A stretch of 64,000 nucleotides of DNA from Phoronis australis (GCA_002633005.1 NMRA01000160.1:689102-753101); one strand, 5' to 3'; shown: positions 13,501-27,800, numbered from the stretch's first letter. The notes: generated by a model not told the origin, from the sequence alone. Numbers and translations: made by a program.

Positions 13501-16500
13501 CCACTTCCCATATTCTTGTGCGGCAGCGGGCTTTGGATCCTGTTTTGGCCGTTCATCACCACGTTCCTTTCGAAGTCCAGGGGAAACACTGTGGTTTGAA
13601 GCTATATTGTTTTGGTAAGCTCCCCTGGTCAAGGTAGTTTCCCAAGGTGTACGGTTACTACCACAAGCGTGATTCTACACACTTTCACATGCCCTAAAAT
13701 CTACCAGTTCAAACTGTAATAAAAGAAGTTTGAAATGGTTTTAACTTGCCTAAAATTACCATGACATCTCCACTCAGACATGTTACAATCTTTAAAAGTT
13801 ATTTCTGACCGTGAATTCATATTTTTATGCGCCCACATATTTGTATGTGGACAGATTATGCCGTTTTCTTCCGTCCGTCCGGGCGGCGTCCGTTCGGCGT
13901 CATGAATGGGACAGCATGAGCGAACTTTCAGACGGATCCGACTACCGGTGTGCCCCCTTGTGGCAATTTTAATTTTTTACCCTTACCTTTGTATCTTCAA
14001 AAGTCCTGAATGGATTTTGATGAAATTTGGTATGTAGGCACCTATCCTCCCGTTTTCGGATGGATTCGACGTAGTTTGCTCCACCTAGTGGCCATTTTTA
14101 CTGTTTTCGAGTCTGTTTTTTTGCGTCCACCCCTCTATCAACCAAACCGCTCAAAGGATGCTTGTGAAAATTCGCATGTATGTGCTTATGAAGAGGACGG
14201 TTAATGATGATTTTCCAATGATTTCATCTACTGTGGCGCCTCCTAGTGGCAGTTTTGTTTTTTTTGCGCCTATGGCTGTATCTCCTAAACCGTTCGCAGG
14301 ATCTTTACAAAATTTAGTAAGTATATTTATATGATGTTAGCAACAGACGATGACGACTTTTGGACAGATCCGACTACCGGTGTGCCCCATAGTGGCAATT
14401 TTATTTTTTTACGTTTACTTTTTTATCTTTAAAAGTCCTGAAGAGATTTTCATGAAATTTGGTATGTAGGCACCTATTAGTGAGATGACGCTATCCTCCG
14501 GTTTTCGGATGGATTCGACTTAGTTTGCGCCACCTAGTGGCCATTTTTATGCGCCCACATATTTATATGTGGACGCATTATGCCGTCATCTCTGTCCGTC
14601 CGTCCGGCGTTCGGCGTCCGCTGCTCTATCTCCAAAACCCTTCGACATACGTTCATGAAATTTGGCACATATGTTCCATTCATGAATGGGACAGCATGTG
14701 CGAACTTTCGGACGGATCCGACTACCGATGTGCCCCCTAGTGGCAATTTTAGTTTTTTACGCTTACCTTTGTATCTTCAAAAGCCCTGAACGGATTTTCA
14801 TGAAATTTGGTATGTAGGCACCTAGTAGTGAGATGACGCTATCCTGCCATTTTCGGATGGATTCGACATAGTTTGCGCCACCTAGTGGCCATTTTTAGTG
14901 TTTTCGAGTCTGTTTTTGTGCTTCCACCCCTCTATCAACCAAACCGCTCAAAGGATGATTGTGAAAATTGGCATGTATGTGCTTACTATGTAGAGGACGG
15001 TTGACGATGATTTTCCGACGATTTCGACTACTGTGGCGCCTCCTAGTGGCAGTTTTGTTTTTTTTGCGCCTATGGCTGTATCTCCTAAACCGTTCGCAGG
15101 ATCTTTACGAAATTGTGTAAGTATATTTATATGATGTTAACAACGGAAGATGACGACTTTTGGACGGATCCGACTACCGGTGTGCCCCCTAGTGGCAATT
15201 TTAATTTTTTTACGCTTACCTTTGTATCTTCACAAGTCCTTATTGGATTTTCATGAAATTTGGTATGTAGGCACCTATTAGTGAGATGACGCTATCCTCC
15301 CGTTTTCAGATGGATTCGACATAGTTTGCGCCACCTAGTGGCCATTTTTAGTGTTTTCGAGTCTGTTTTTGTGCGTCCACCCCTCTATCAACCAAACCGA
15401 TCAAAGGATGATTGTGAAAATTGGCATGTATATGCTTACTATGTAGAGGACGGTTGACGATGATTTTCCGACGATTTCGACTACTGTGGCACCTCCTAGT
15501 GGCAGTTTTGTTTTTTTGCGCCTATGGCTGTATCTCCTAAACCGTTCGCAGGATCTTTACGAAATTGTGTAAGTATATTTATATGATGTTAACAACGGAA
15601 GATGACGACTTTTGGACGGATCCGACTACCGGTGTGCCCCCTAGTGGCAATTTTAATTTTTTTACGCTTACCTTTGTATCTTCACAAGTCCTTATTGGAT
15701 TTTCATGAAATTTGGTATGTAGGCACCTATTAGTGAGATGACGCTATCCTCCCGTTTTCAGATGGATTCGACATAGTTTGCGCCACCTAGTGGCCATTTT
15801 TACTGTTTTCGAGTCTGTATTTTTGCGTCCACCCCTCTATCAACCAAACCGCTCAAAGGATGATTGTGAAAATTGGCGTGTATGTGCTTACTATAAGGAA
15901 GACAGCTGACAATGATTTTCAGACGATTTGGACTACTGTGGCGCCTCCTAGTGGCAGTTTTGTTTTTTTGCGCCCATGGCTGTATCTCCCAAACCGTTTG
16001 CAGGATCTTTACTAAATTTAGCAAGTGTATTTATGTGATGTTGACAACGGACGATGACGACTTTAGGATGATTCTGACTACCGGTATGCCTCTTGTGGCA
16101 ATTTTAGTATTTGCCTCTAGTGGCAATTTTAGTATTTTACATTGACCTCTGTATTTTCATAGGTCTTCAGGTGTATACTTTGTGTTACTTCGTGACTGTG
16201 AAGGAAAAGTTCTAAGTAGAAATTTGTTTCTGGCATTCTAATGCTGTGCTAATCTCGTATGTTGGTAAATTTGTTTTTAATTCTATGTTTCTGTGGTGCT
16301 TTAAGCAAATGGTGTATAGGATGTGCTTGTATTATGAAGGTAACTCACATTTTGCCCCTAGCCTATTGAGGAGACTATGACCATGCCTTTCCATTTTGCA
16401 AAGTATGCCCTCTACTGGCCAATTGATGGTACCAATAAACAACCCTAGAAGGATACCGTATGCGGTGCAATTGTGGGCGCATTTCAACGCTCCGCGTTGC

Positions 16501-19500
16501 TCTTGTTACTGTTTTCGAGTCTGTTTTTTTGCGTCCACCCCTCTATCAACCAAACCGCTCAAAGGATGATTGTGAAAATTGGCATGTATGTGCTTACTAT
16601 GAAGAGGACAGTTAACGATGATTTTCCAATGGTTTCAACTACTGTGACGTTTCCTAGTGGCAGTTTTTTGTTTGCGCCTATGACTGTATCTCCTTAAACG
16701 GTCGCAGGATCTTTACTTAATTTAGCAAGTGTATTTATGTGATGTTGACTACGGATGACGACGACTTTCACAGAGATCTGACTACTGCTGTGCCCCCTAG
16801 TGTCAATTTTAGTTTTTTACGTTTAACTTGGTAACTTCAAAGGTCCTCAACAGATTTTCTTAAAAATTTTAAATGTAGGCATCTATTGGTGTGATGATGC
16901 TATCTGCCTGTTTTTGGATGGAATCGAGGTATTTTGCATCACCTAGTGGCCACTTTTTGCTGTTTTCAAATCTTATTTTTGGTGTCCATCCCTGTATCAA
17001 CCAAATCATTTGAAAATTGGCATATTATGTTCTCAGTGTGAAGACGACCTTTGATGATGGTGACTGATTACGGTCAGAAGCGCCTCCTAGTGGTAGTTTT
17101 GTTTTGAGCCCATAGTTGTATGTCTTAAACCCACTGTAGGATCTTTTTTAAATTTAGTAAGTGTATTTATATGAAGATAACAACATACGACGACCACTTT
17201 CAGGCAGATCCAACGGACACTGTGCCCACTAGTGGCAATTTCATTTTATTCTGTTTTCCTTTGTTTCTCTGAAGTTCATTGACAGATTTTTATGAAATAT
17301 GGCATGTTCCTGTTTTTGGATGGATTGTATGTTTTTGCGCCATCTAGTTTCCCCTCTTTTATGATGCACACCATTTGCAATGCATTTGTGGGCACATTTC
17401 AACGGGATTAGACGTGAAATACATGTATATTTCTACATGGTAGACACACTAACTGTATGCCTGTTGTTTGCACACAAACCCACTTCAGTGATAAGGAATG
17501 AGAGGGGCTTTGCACAAAACATCTGAGAACTTTTACTAGCATTCATGCAGTAGCCTGCATGTGGTCACATGTGAAAACCTGGTCAGTGGTGATTTACAGT
17601 CATGCAGGACCGTATCGACAAGTCTGCCTATTTAGCCAAATACAAACCTGTTAACATGTGCAAAAAATGGGGATTCGTGCGGAAATCAAGTCTCAGTACG
17701 CAAGTACGCACGGCCAGGCAAAAATACGCAAATTCAGCAAATTCAAAAGAGATTATTAATTCGCTTGATTCTCAATAAATACGCTTGCTTTTGGCTATCG
17801 TGACAGGAAAGATTGGTCATTTTGTCCATTTTCTTTTGACTTATACTGTACCATCCTTGGTATCGAGGGCATTGTTTTCCGTGGTGTCGCTATCTTCATG
17901 CTGCCTTCAGAGGATTTTGTCCAGTGTTGCTCCGCCAGAGCGCTTCCATTTTTGGTGAGTTGCAGCTGGTGAATATGTAATTGTAAGATACACCTGTTCT
18001 ATCTGTTGACAGTACCGGCAGTACAATGGCCGAGATGACTTTGACTGTGAAGTGGATATTCTGATCCAGCGGAGTGTGGTTGGAGGCATCATTGGAAGGG
18101 GTGGCTTCAAGATCAAGGAACTCCGAGAGGTAAGTGCCGGGACTGTTTAAGTCTGACGAATTTTCGCGTATTCTTCCAACTCTTAGGCTCTAAAAACCAC
18201 TCGATACGAGTGATAAATTGTTACGAAATTCGTACATATGTTTCGCTTTAAAAATCAATTAGAAGTAAAAACTATGCTCAGCCAATTTGGCGAAGGTCAA
18301 GAAGCAAATGCCGGAAATAGTAGAGAACAAAACAAAAGATCCGACTAATAAGAAGCAAGCTGAGTATCAGTGTGTAATGTAGTGCTTGATCTCTCATTTG
18401 CAGTTAGGTAGTGTGTGAATGACTGATGAAAATGCCCTTAATATTTGACTTTGCTTTGAAAGTTTTGTCAAGATGTAAAGAGCATAATTTCAGAAATTAA
18501 TATTCTGCGGAATAAGAATAAATTATAAATGTGAAGGGGGACATTAATTCTCCATGTTTTATTACACTGACCTGAGCACTGTGTGTGCCCAGAACTTTGG
18601 TGTGGTTCTGGAATTACATTGAGGTGTCGAGATTTGCTGGGCCTGGTCTGGTCGGGAGAAATCAATCATGCTGACAACGCAAAATATTGTCGTGATGAGC
18701 TGAGTTTTTACTGCACTTTGAACACGATTTGAAATATTTTTTGTGGGTGTATCATGCCATCTTTTGAACTGTTTGAAGGTATTGGAAGTTTTTACTTCCA
18801 AAATGTGGATTTTCAAAATGAAGGTTTGTTTTCTAATGGTGTTGGCTGCCTTGGGTATTGTTGCGTAACTCCGGTGTTGTGTGATAGTGATAGCTTGAAT
18901 TTAATCGTTGACAATCTTTTTTTAATTTTCATAGCAAACAAAAACGAACATCAAAGTGTTTCAAGAGTGTTGTGGGGAATCAACAGAGAGAGTGTGCTCC
19001 GTACAAGGGAAGCTGGACAACGTCATTGATGCGATCGGCCTGATCTTTGATACAATTAAAGATGTAAGTTGCATTTGTTTGCACTAAATGTGAAATGACA
19101 CTCAATCTGCAGCAGCAGCGCATTTTGGCATGTAGGCTACTCAATCCAGGAATGTTTCCAGATCTACAGCTTTGATCTTCAGAATTATGAAATTTCTAGT
19201 CAAATTCTGCTGCATCTGTCAAGATTTGGTTTCCTTGCCCTGTGTACATTTGGGACATTTATATTCTCTGTTGAAATTGTTGGAGAGGTGTCCGTTATTT
19301 ATGCGCCCACATATTTATGTGGACGCATTATGCCCGCATCCCTGTCCTTCCGGTGTCCGGCGTCTGCTGTATCTCCAAAACCCCTTGACGTATGTTCATG
19401 AAATTTTGCACATGTATTCCTTTCATGGATGGGACGGCATGAGCGAACTTTCGAACAGATCTAAGTACTGGTGTGCCCCCTAGTGGCAATTTTAGTTTTT

Positions 19501-22500
19501 TACGTTTACCTCTGTATCTTCAAAGGTCCTAAGCGAATTTTTGTAAAATTTTGAATAAAGGCATCTATTGTAGAGTTGACGCTATCCTCCCGTTTTAGGA
19601 TAGAACTGAGGAGTGGCCATTTTTGCTGTATTGGAGTCTGTTTTTTGGCGTCCACCCCTTTATCAACCAAGTCATTCTAAGGATGGTTTTGAAAATTGGC
19701 GTATATGTTGTCAGTTTGAAGAGGACGGTTGATAATGACGACTTTGACTGCTGTGGTGCCTGCTAGTGGTAGTTTTACTTTGTTTTGTTTTGTTTTGTTT
19801 TGCGCCCATAGCTGTATCTCCCAAACCCACTGTAGGATCTTTATTAAATTTTGTAAGTGTATTTATATGAAGCTAACAATAGACAACTTTCAGGCGGAAC
19901 TAACGAACGCTATGCCCCCTAGTGGCAATTTCAATTTTATTTTTTTACGTTTACCTCTGTGTCTTCGGAGGTCCTCATCGGATTTTCATAAAATGTGGCA
20001 GTCAGGCATCTATCAGTGAGATGAGGCTATCCTTTGGTTTTCTGATGGATTTGAAGTATTTCGCACCACCTAGTGGCCATTTTTATGCGCCCACATATTT
20101 ATATGTGGACGCATTATGCCGTCATCTCTGTCCGTCCGTCCGTCCGTCCGTCCGGGCGGCGTCCGTCCGGCGTCCGCTGCTCTATCTCCAAAACCCTTTG
20201 ACATACGTTCATGAAANGAGTCTGTTTTTTGGCGTCCACCCCTTTATCAACCAAGTCATTCTAAGGATGGTTTTGAAAATTGGCGTATATGTTGTCAGTT
20301 TGAAGAGGACGGTTGATAATGACGACTTTGACTGCTGTGGTGCCTGCTAGTGGTAGTTTTACTTTGTTTTGTTTTGTTTTGTTTTGCGCCCATAGCTGTA
20401 TCTCCCAAACCCACTGTAGGATCTTTATTAAATTTTGTAAGTGTATTTATATGAAGCTAACAATAGACAACTTTCAGGCGGAACTAACGAACGCTATGCC
20501 CCCTAGTGGCAATTTCAATTTTATTTTTTTACGTTTACCTCTGTGTCTTCGGAGGTCCTCATCGGATTTTCATAAAATGTGGCAGTCAGGCATCTATCAG
20601 TGAGATGAGGCTATCCTTTGGTTTTCTGATGGATTTGAAGTATTTCGCACCACCTAGTGGCCATTTCTACTTTTTTCGAGTCTGTTTTTTGGAGTCCGCC
20701 CCTCTGTCAACCAAACTACTCTGAGAATGAAAATTGGCATACATGTATACGTACTCACTATGAACAGGATGGATGACAACGATTTTTGGATGATTTCAAC
20801 TACTGTGGCACCTCCTAGTGGCAGGTTTTTTTGCGCCCATGGCTGTATCTCCTCAACACTATGCAGGATGGTTACTAAATTTAGCAAGTGTATTTAATGA
20901 ATTTAACAATGGATGGCGACGACATTTTGCCCTCTTGTGGCAATTTTATTTTTTACAATTACCTCTATATTGTCATATGTCCTCAATGGATTTTCATAAA
21001 ATTTGAAATATTGGCATTTAGCTTTGAAATGACACTATCCTCCCCTTTTTGGATGGAATTCGGAATTTTGCACCTCCTAATGGTCATTTTTGCTGTATTT
21101 GAGTCCGCTCCTATATCAACCAAACCATTCTAAAAATGATTGTGAGTATTGGCATACATGCTCTTTGTGTGTAGAGGATGGTTGACCATTATTTTCCAAC
21201 GACTTTAACTGTTGTGGCGCCTCCTAGCGGCAGTTTTTTTGCTGTCATAGCTGTATCTCCTAAACCTACTGCACAATCTTTATTAAATTTAGCAAGTGTA
21301 TTAATATAATTTATGAAATTGACAACGGCAAAGACGACTTACAGATGAATCCGGCGAACTAATGGCAATTTCGTTTTTTCTGTTTTCCTTTGGTTTTCTG
21401 AAGTCCCTCGACAGATTTTTATGCGCCCACATATTTATATGTTGACGCATTATGTCATCAACTCTGTCCATCCGTCCGGTGATCTCCAAAACGGCTTAAC
21501 GTATGTTCATGAAATTTTGCACATGTGCTTCTTTCGTGGATGGGACGGCATGTGCAAACTTTCGGACGAATCCGACTACTGGTGTGCCCCCTAGTGTCAA
21601 TTTTATTTTTTTACATTTATATGTACAAAAGTCCTGAGCGGATTTTCATAAAATTTGGTATGTAGGCACCTATTAGTGAGATGACGCTATCCTCCAGTTT
21701 TCGGATGGATTCGACGTCGTTTGTGCCACGTTGTGACCATTTTTACTGTTTTCCGACGACTTCGAATACTGTGGTGCCTCCTAGTGGCACTTTTTTATTT
21801 GCGCCTATGGCTGTATCTCCTAACTCATTAGCAGGATCTTTACTAAATTTAGTAAGTCTATTTATATGATGTTAGTGATGGAGTTCGATGACTTTCGGAC
21901 AGATCTGATGACTGTTGTGCCACCTAGTGGCAATTTTATTTGTTTTACGTTTACCTCTGTATGTTCAAAGGTCCTCAACGTATTTTCATAAAATTTGGCA
22001 TAAAGGCTTCTGTTAATGAGGTGACGCTATCTCTCCGTTTTCAGATGGATTCGACCTAGTTTGCGCCACCTAGTGGCCACTTTTACTGCTTTTTAGTCTG
22101 TTAATTGGCGTCCACTAATCTATCAATGAAACCACTTTCAGGATAATTGTGAAAATTGGCATGTATGTTTTAACTATGAAGTGGACGTCTGACGATGTAG
22201 CACCTCCTAGTGGCAGTTTTTTTTTGCGCTCATGACTGGATCTGCTAAACCATTTGCAGGATCTTTGTATAATTTAGCAAGTGTATTTATATCATGTTGA
22301 TGGACGACGACGACTTTCGGGCAGATCTGACTTCTGGTGTGCCCTCTAGTGGCAATATTAGTTTTTTAAGGTTTACCAGTCTGTCTATTCAAAGGTCCTC
22401 AACAGTTTTGAATATAGGCGCTATCTTCCTGTTTTTGGATGGAATCGAGGTATTTTGCGCCACCTAGTGGCCATTTTTGCTGTTTTCAAATCTTGTTTTT

Positions 22501-24793
22501 GGCGTCCACCCCTCTATCAACCAAATTATTCTAGGGATGGGTTTGAAAAATGGCGTATATGTCACTGTGAAGAGGATGTTTGATGATGGCGAGTGACTAC
22601 TGTGGCGCCTCCTAGTGGTAGTTTTCTTTTGCTTTGCGCCCATAGCTATATCTCCTAAATGAACTGCAGGGTCTTTATTAAATTTAGTATTCGTATTTAT
22701 ATTAAGATAACAACAGACCACGACAACTTTCAGGTGGATCTAACGGACACTGTGCCCACAAATGGCAATTTTATTTTATTTTATTCTGTTTTCCTTTGCG
22801 TCTCTGAAGTTCCTTGACAGATTTTTATGAAATATGGCATGTTCCCGTTTTTGGATGGATTGTACGTTTTTGCGCCATCTAGTTGCCACTTTTTATGATA
22901 CAAATAAATAACCCTGAAAGCACTCCGTTTGCGATGCATTCGTGGGCGCATTTCAACGTTTCGCGTTGCTCTTGTATGAAATTTGGTAAATAGCTTTTTA
23001 TTAAAGAAGCGATGGCATGTTCCTGTTTTCGGATGGATTCCATGTATTATGCACCATCTAGTGGCCATTTTATGATACAAATATACACCCCAGAAGCACG
23101 CCGTTAGTGATGCATTCATGGGTGTATTTCAATGCTTTGCGTTGCTCTTGTTATGATATTTTTAAATAAAGTAGCTTTCTATTAAAGAAGCGATGACAAC
23201 TTCCCGTTTTCGGATGGATTTGACTTATTTTGCGCCATGTAGCAGCCATTTCTCTGATACAAATAAACACCCCTAGAACCATACCGTTTGCGGTTCTTTC
23301 GTGGGCTCATTTCTCTTGTTTGACCAACGGCCGCCTAATTAGCAATTAATAAGTTAATGAAGTTGGGTGCTTCAGTATTGCTATGATGTTGGCATCCTTG
23401 AAAGGTTAAATAGCCAAAAAAACACTTGTCTGTAGCAATTGTCTTCGTATTTGAAAACATATAATGGTAATACCTTTAAAACAACACACACACCCCGCCC
23501 CCCAAATATCTTGTCGGGCATCCTGGAGATTTTTTAGATCTGAGTCACCAATACTTATGCTACACCGTTCTGTATTTAACATTTTCTCATTATTAAATGC
23601 TTACCTTCATGAGAAATTAGATTCATGTAAATTGGCATGAGCCTTGCATAAAGTGCTCCTATTATAAATGCTCGCAGTTGATTCAGTTCATGCAGCTACT
23701 GTGAAATTCTCTGGTAAAAAATATTGTTAGCTTAATGATTAGATATTTCTATCCTTTAATTATTGAAAAGGTAGATTTTCCTGATAATAGCAAGCTAAGG
23801 TATTCAGTTAAACACTTCACACAGTCGTTATATTTAAATTTTTAAATCCTTTGGGTACCATTCCAGTATAAACCACGTGTCTGGAATATGTTCCTCAAAA
23901 TGTCACCAACTTGACGTGTAACACGGAAGCAGAGTTTGATGTTTCAGCATAATGGCACTTTTTGCTGCATCACATGAAAAAGGTCCATCAGAGAGAATCA
24001 TTCTGTAGATCCAGTTAACATCTGGCTGCAGGAACATGTCAGCAGCAACTGTTTACTGAGCAAATATTGACCGCTAAAGATCTCTCTGCCTTTAAAAGAG
24101 CATTGAGAAACATTGACATTGAGTTTGTAGAAGCTGACATGTATCAGAAGGACGTGGAATTGCTTTTCGTGTGTTAGTTATACTTGACATCATGCCTAGT
24201 GCATGCAATGAGGAGCCAGGTCAAGCCAAATTAGTGAGCCAGGTCTCAAGCAATTCTCGCAGGGACCATGAATCACTTGTAATCTGTTACAAGTTGAGAC
24301 CAGTTTAATTAGGGCTCACGGTAAAATCGTACCAATTACGGATAGACGTAACTACCAAAATTAACCTTTTTTGTGTTTTCAGTGTCTTCTGACATTGTTG
24401 TGAATACCAACAATTTTTCAAAACTGCCATATTGTGTCCTAGATTTTGCCATAATCAAAATTACTTTGTTGACAGAAGGCTGGCGCATGACACCTTTAAA
24501 TGTCTGTTTCCAATACAATTATTTCGTATCCTTTCAGTTACCTATTAAGGGGCAAGCGGTGAAGTACGACCCTGGAAATGACGTTGAAGATTTCACGTTG
24601 GAGGATATGGCCCGTGGTTCACGTGGTGGCCGAGGTGGCGGACGAGGTCGGGGGGGCCGTGGTGGTCCAAGGTACGATAGCTCACTGATGGGTGACTGTG
24701 AAAGCTGGTATGAAACTGCCTTGTGTCCAAAAACCAATTTGTGATTTAGACCACTTAACTGTATGAAATTAGTCTCCCATTGTTACCAAGTCT

Positions 24794-24877
<84 letters not shown>

Positions 24878-27800
24878 AATAAACAAAACAGAGGATAACA
24901 TGCATAAATAAACTGTCTAGTGAACTGTGGTCTCCTTCCAGTTCATAATGGCACAAAGGCATTTCCAACCAACTCAAGTAAATTACAAAAAACAGTTCCA
25001 ATGTGCCATCCAGTTATCTCCACTAATGAATATCTTGGATAAACTCCATATCTTTATCTTGATGTACCTTATCCGACCAGTCTTTCAGATATATCTTCCC
25101 ATCGTAGGTCCAGTAGCCTTCCACTCTTCTCCTCGCACCAAGATCCCTTTTACCGCTTTGAATAGTTTTGCCCTTCGCTTGGTAAGACTCTCGTTGACAT
25201 AAACGCCCGCATCAACATCTTTCAAGGACTTACGTTGACGAAAGAAATTTGAACGAGCATTGTGTGTGGTAAACTTAACCACAGTAGGACGGTATTGTGG
25301 CTGAGTTGACTGACTATTATTCTTGACTGAAGCACGTCCTATTCTGATATCGGCTTCAGTTGTATTGGTGCCCATTTTTGTAGTCAATTCTAACACAATT
25401 TTATCATTTGATTCCCCCTCTGTTTCTTTTTTTACCAGCAATAACTATACTGTTGCTGCTCCTCACGTTCTTCTTATAAGGCGACATTATCAGAATCAAA
25501 CTTATGCCTCAAATCGGACAGTTCTTGCCTTATCGCAGTTATTTCCTGGTCTTCTTCTTTCAACTTTTTCGCAAACTGAATTTCTAAACCTGCAGATAAA
25601 ATTTCATTCAACTTTTCATCTAGCCAACCTTGTAACATATTCTTAAATCTCGTAATAACTTCTGGATCCATAAGTGCAGCTTTAAACTCGTCTTTTAGAC
25701 TTACTTAGTGCCTGCTCGATTTGCCAGCCATGCCTGCAACAGTTTCGTCCAAAGTGGCCTGCTTCATTCTCTTTCTCAACTCCTCGCTGTTTTTACTAGC
25801 TTGTCTCTTTTTCTGTGAATTTGGTTCTGACTTATCACTCATATTGACAGGAGACACATTTAAATTACGGAAGACACTTTTAAAATATTGAAAACATACG
25901 GAGAGCACTGTTCAGTCAACTGCACGCTAGTCCACCATGACCGGAAGTTGGTAAAGTTTTTAAAGAGAAACGAGACCTTTTCTGAAATTGATTCGGCGGG
26001 TTTTTTTAGTCTGTGATTGCAGGTCTGGAAATGAGTCAGGATGAAGACCAAAAGCAGCATTGCTTTTTTGGCCTTGATGGGCAGTTAACGAGATGATTTG
26101 TAGATACAAAAATGCTTACGGGTGAACTGCTTTGCGGTTTGCTAAGCAACAGCATGGACGCATACCTTGCAGCTATGGGGAAAGATTGGCCGCCTCAAGA
26201 CACTGGGTCCCTTTTTTGATGAGTGTTTATGCTATCTCTCGGTAGGGAAACAAGTAGTTGTGGTATTGCAGGTGACAAGCAGTGTTGGGTGAAATTATTC
26301 TAGCAAGTTAAGTATTCTTGTAAATGTTGAATTAGGTTGAAGGTGTTGCATTTCAGAGGAGGCTTTGGAGGTGGTGGCGGTGGATTCCGTGATGGCGGTA
26401 TGAGAGGGGGTCGATTTGGAGGTGGTGGCGGCGGTGGTCGAGGACGTATGAACGACAGCTTTGGTGGTGGTTTCGGCGGAGGTCGCCAAGACAGGTGGGC
26501 TACTCCTGTTGTCGGAAAGCACTGCCGCACGCTAATGTATGTGTTAATAGATAATGATACTTGTCAAGCTAATGATAAGTATAGTTACTTCTTGTATTCG
26601 TAAAATGCATTACTGTTGTACAATACAAAATTGGAGACCACCTGTAGAAACGAATATTAGTTTTGGCTGGGTTGTTTCCATGAGAGACTATCATCAGCTC
26701 ATTCTTATAAAATGAGGGCCGGCAGCCAGGCCAGTGACTTGCAAAGGAATAGCGACTTAAGCTGGCATGAAAGAGCTACATGTGAAAACAGAGTTTCTTG
26801 ATTTAATTTGTTGGAATACTTGAAATCCAATTTTTACCACTGCTTGTAGGCTTTTTGCTGTCAAAACTGTATTGGATGAGGTGGAAAGGTCTGTTTAAAA
26901 ATCAAGAATGCCATTGTTCAAGACGGTCTTTAAATTTTGGAATGTGCAAAGTTGGTAGAATTTTCTGCCTTGTGCTGGTAGTCGTCCAGATACCATTCAG
27001 GATGAACAGTGAATGGTTTTTCGTTTTTAATTTCTAGATTCGGGGCTGGAAGCCGTGGTAGGGGAGGCCAGTCAAACTTATCCAGTGATTCTGGAATGGT
27101 GAGTTCAGGAACACCGAGAAGCAACGTGCAGTTGTGGTTATTGGCATCATGTTGAACACTGCGAACACAACAAATTTTCCGTTCACCGTCGCCACTCACC
27201 GATTTCAACTAAATCATTTTGGCCTTCCTTTCAATATTCCGGTCGAATGACAAGTTCCACCTTTATGAACATGAACTGACATCAATGTAGCACTGAGCTT
27301 GAGTAAACTAAATGTTGTCATTGTTAGCTCTTAATCCATATATACCAACGTTGTGGTAACTGCATAGTTTTTTGTGTGTTTCCAGGGAGACAGCCAGTGC
27401 ATGATGTTGTCGGACCAAGTTACCATTCCCACTGACGTAAGAATAATAGTGTTCAGGTGGTCATTTGAAACTGTCTGGCAACACATTTCATGTTAGCATT
27501 TACTAAAGTCACTATGTACTCACCTTCTGCAATAAGAGAAGCAAGCTTCTGATTTAGACAGCTGGCCTTTATAAAATTAGTCTATACTTGTTTCTTGCTT
27601 ATTGTTATTGCTTGATAGCAAGGTCTCTAAGATGTCTTGACTCAGCTGGTCATTTTATACCACAAAGTCAGGATGGCTTATGTACCAACTTAACTAGTAC
27701 TCTAGCTTGGCGTATGCTGGATTCAACTTTTTGGACTGTTAATTGTGTCTTTGAAAGGAGGATCTGCTATTGTTTGGATCAACTCAGTGGTGGTTTGTAG

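Noticed and set aside
14010-23119. Many short similar ORFs (MRPHIYMW.., PPSGNF..)
   Set aside because: Chance translations of family A tandem repeats; frames are not conserved between units
26300-26530. Proline-rich minus-strand ORFs (also 24534-24737, 61177-61392)
   Set aside because: Antisense shadows of the Gly/Arg-rich hnRNP K exons
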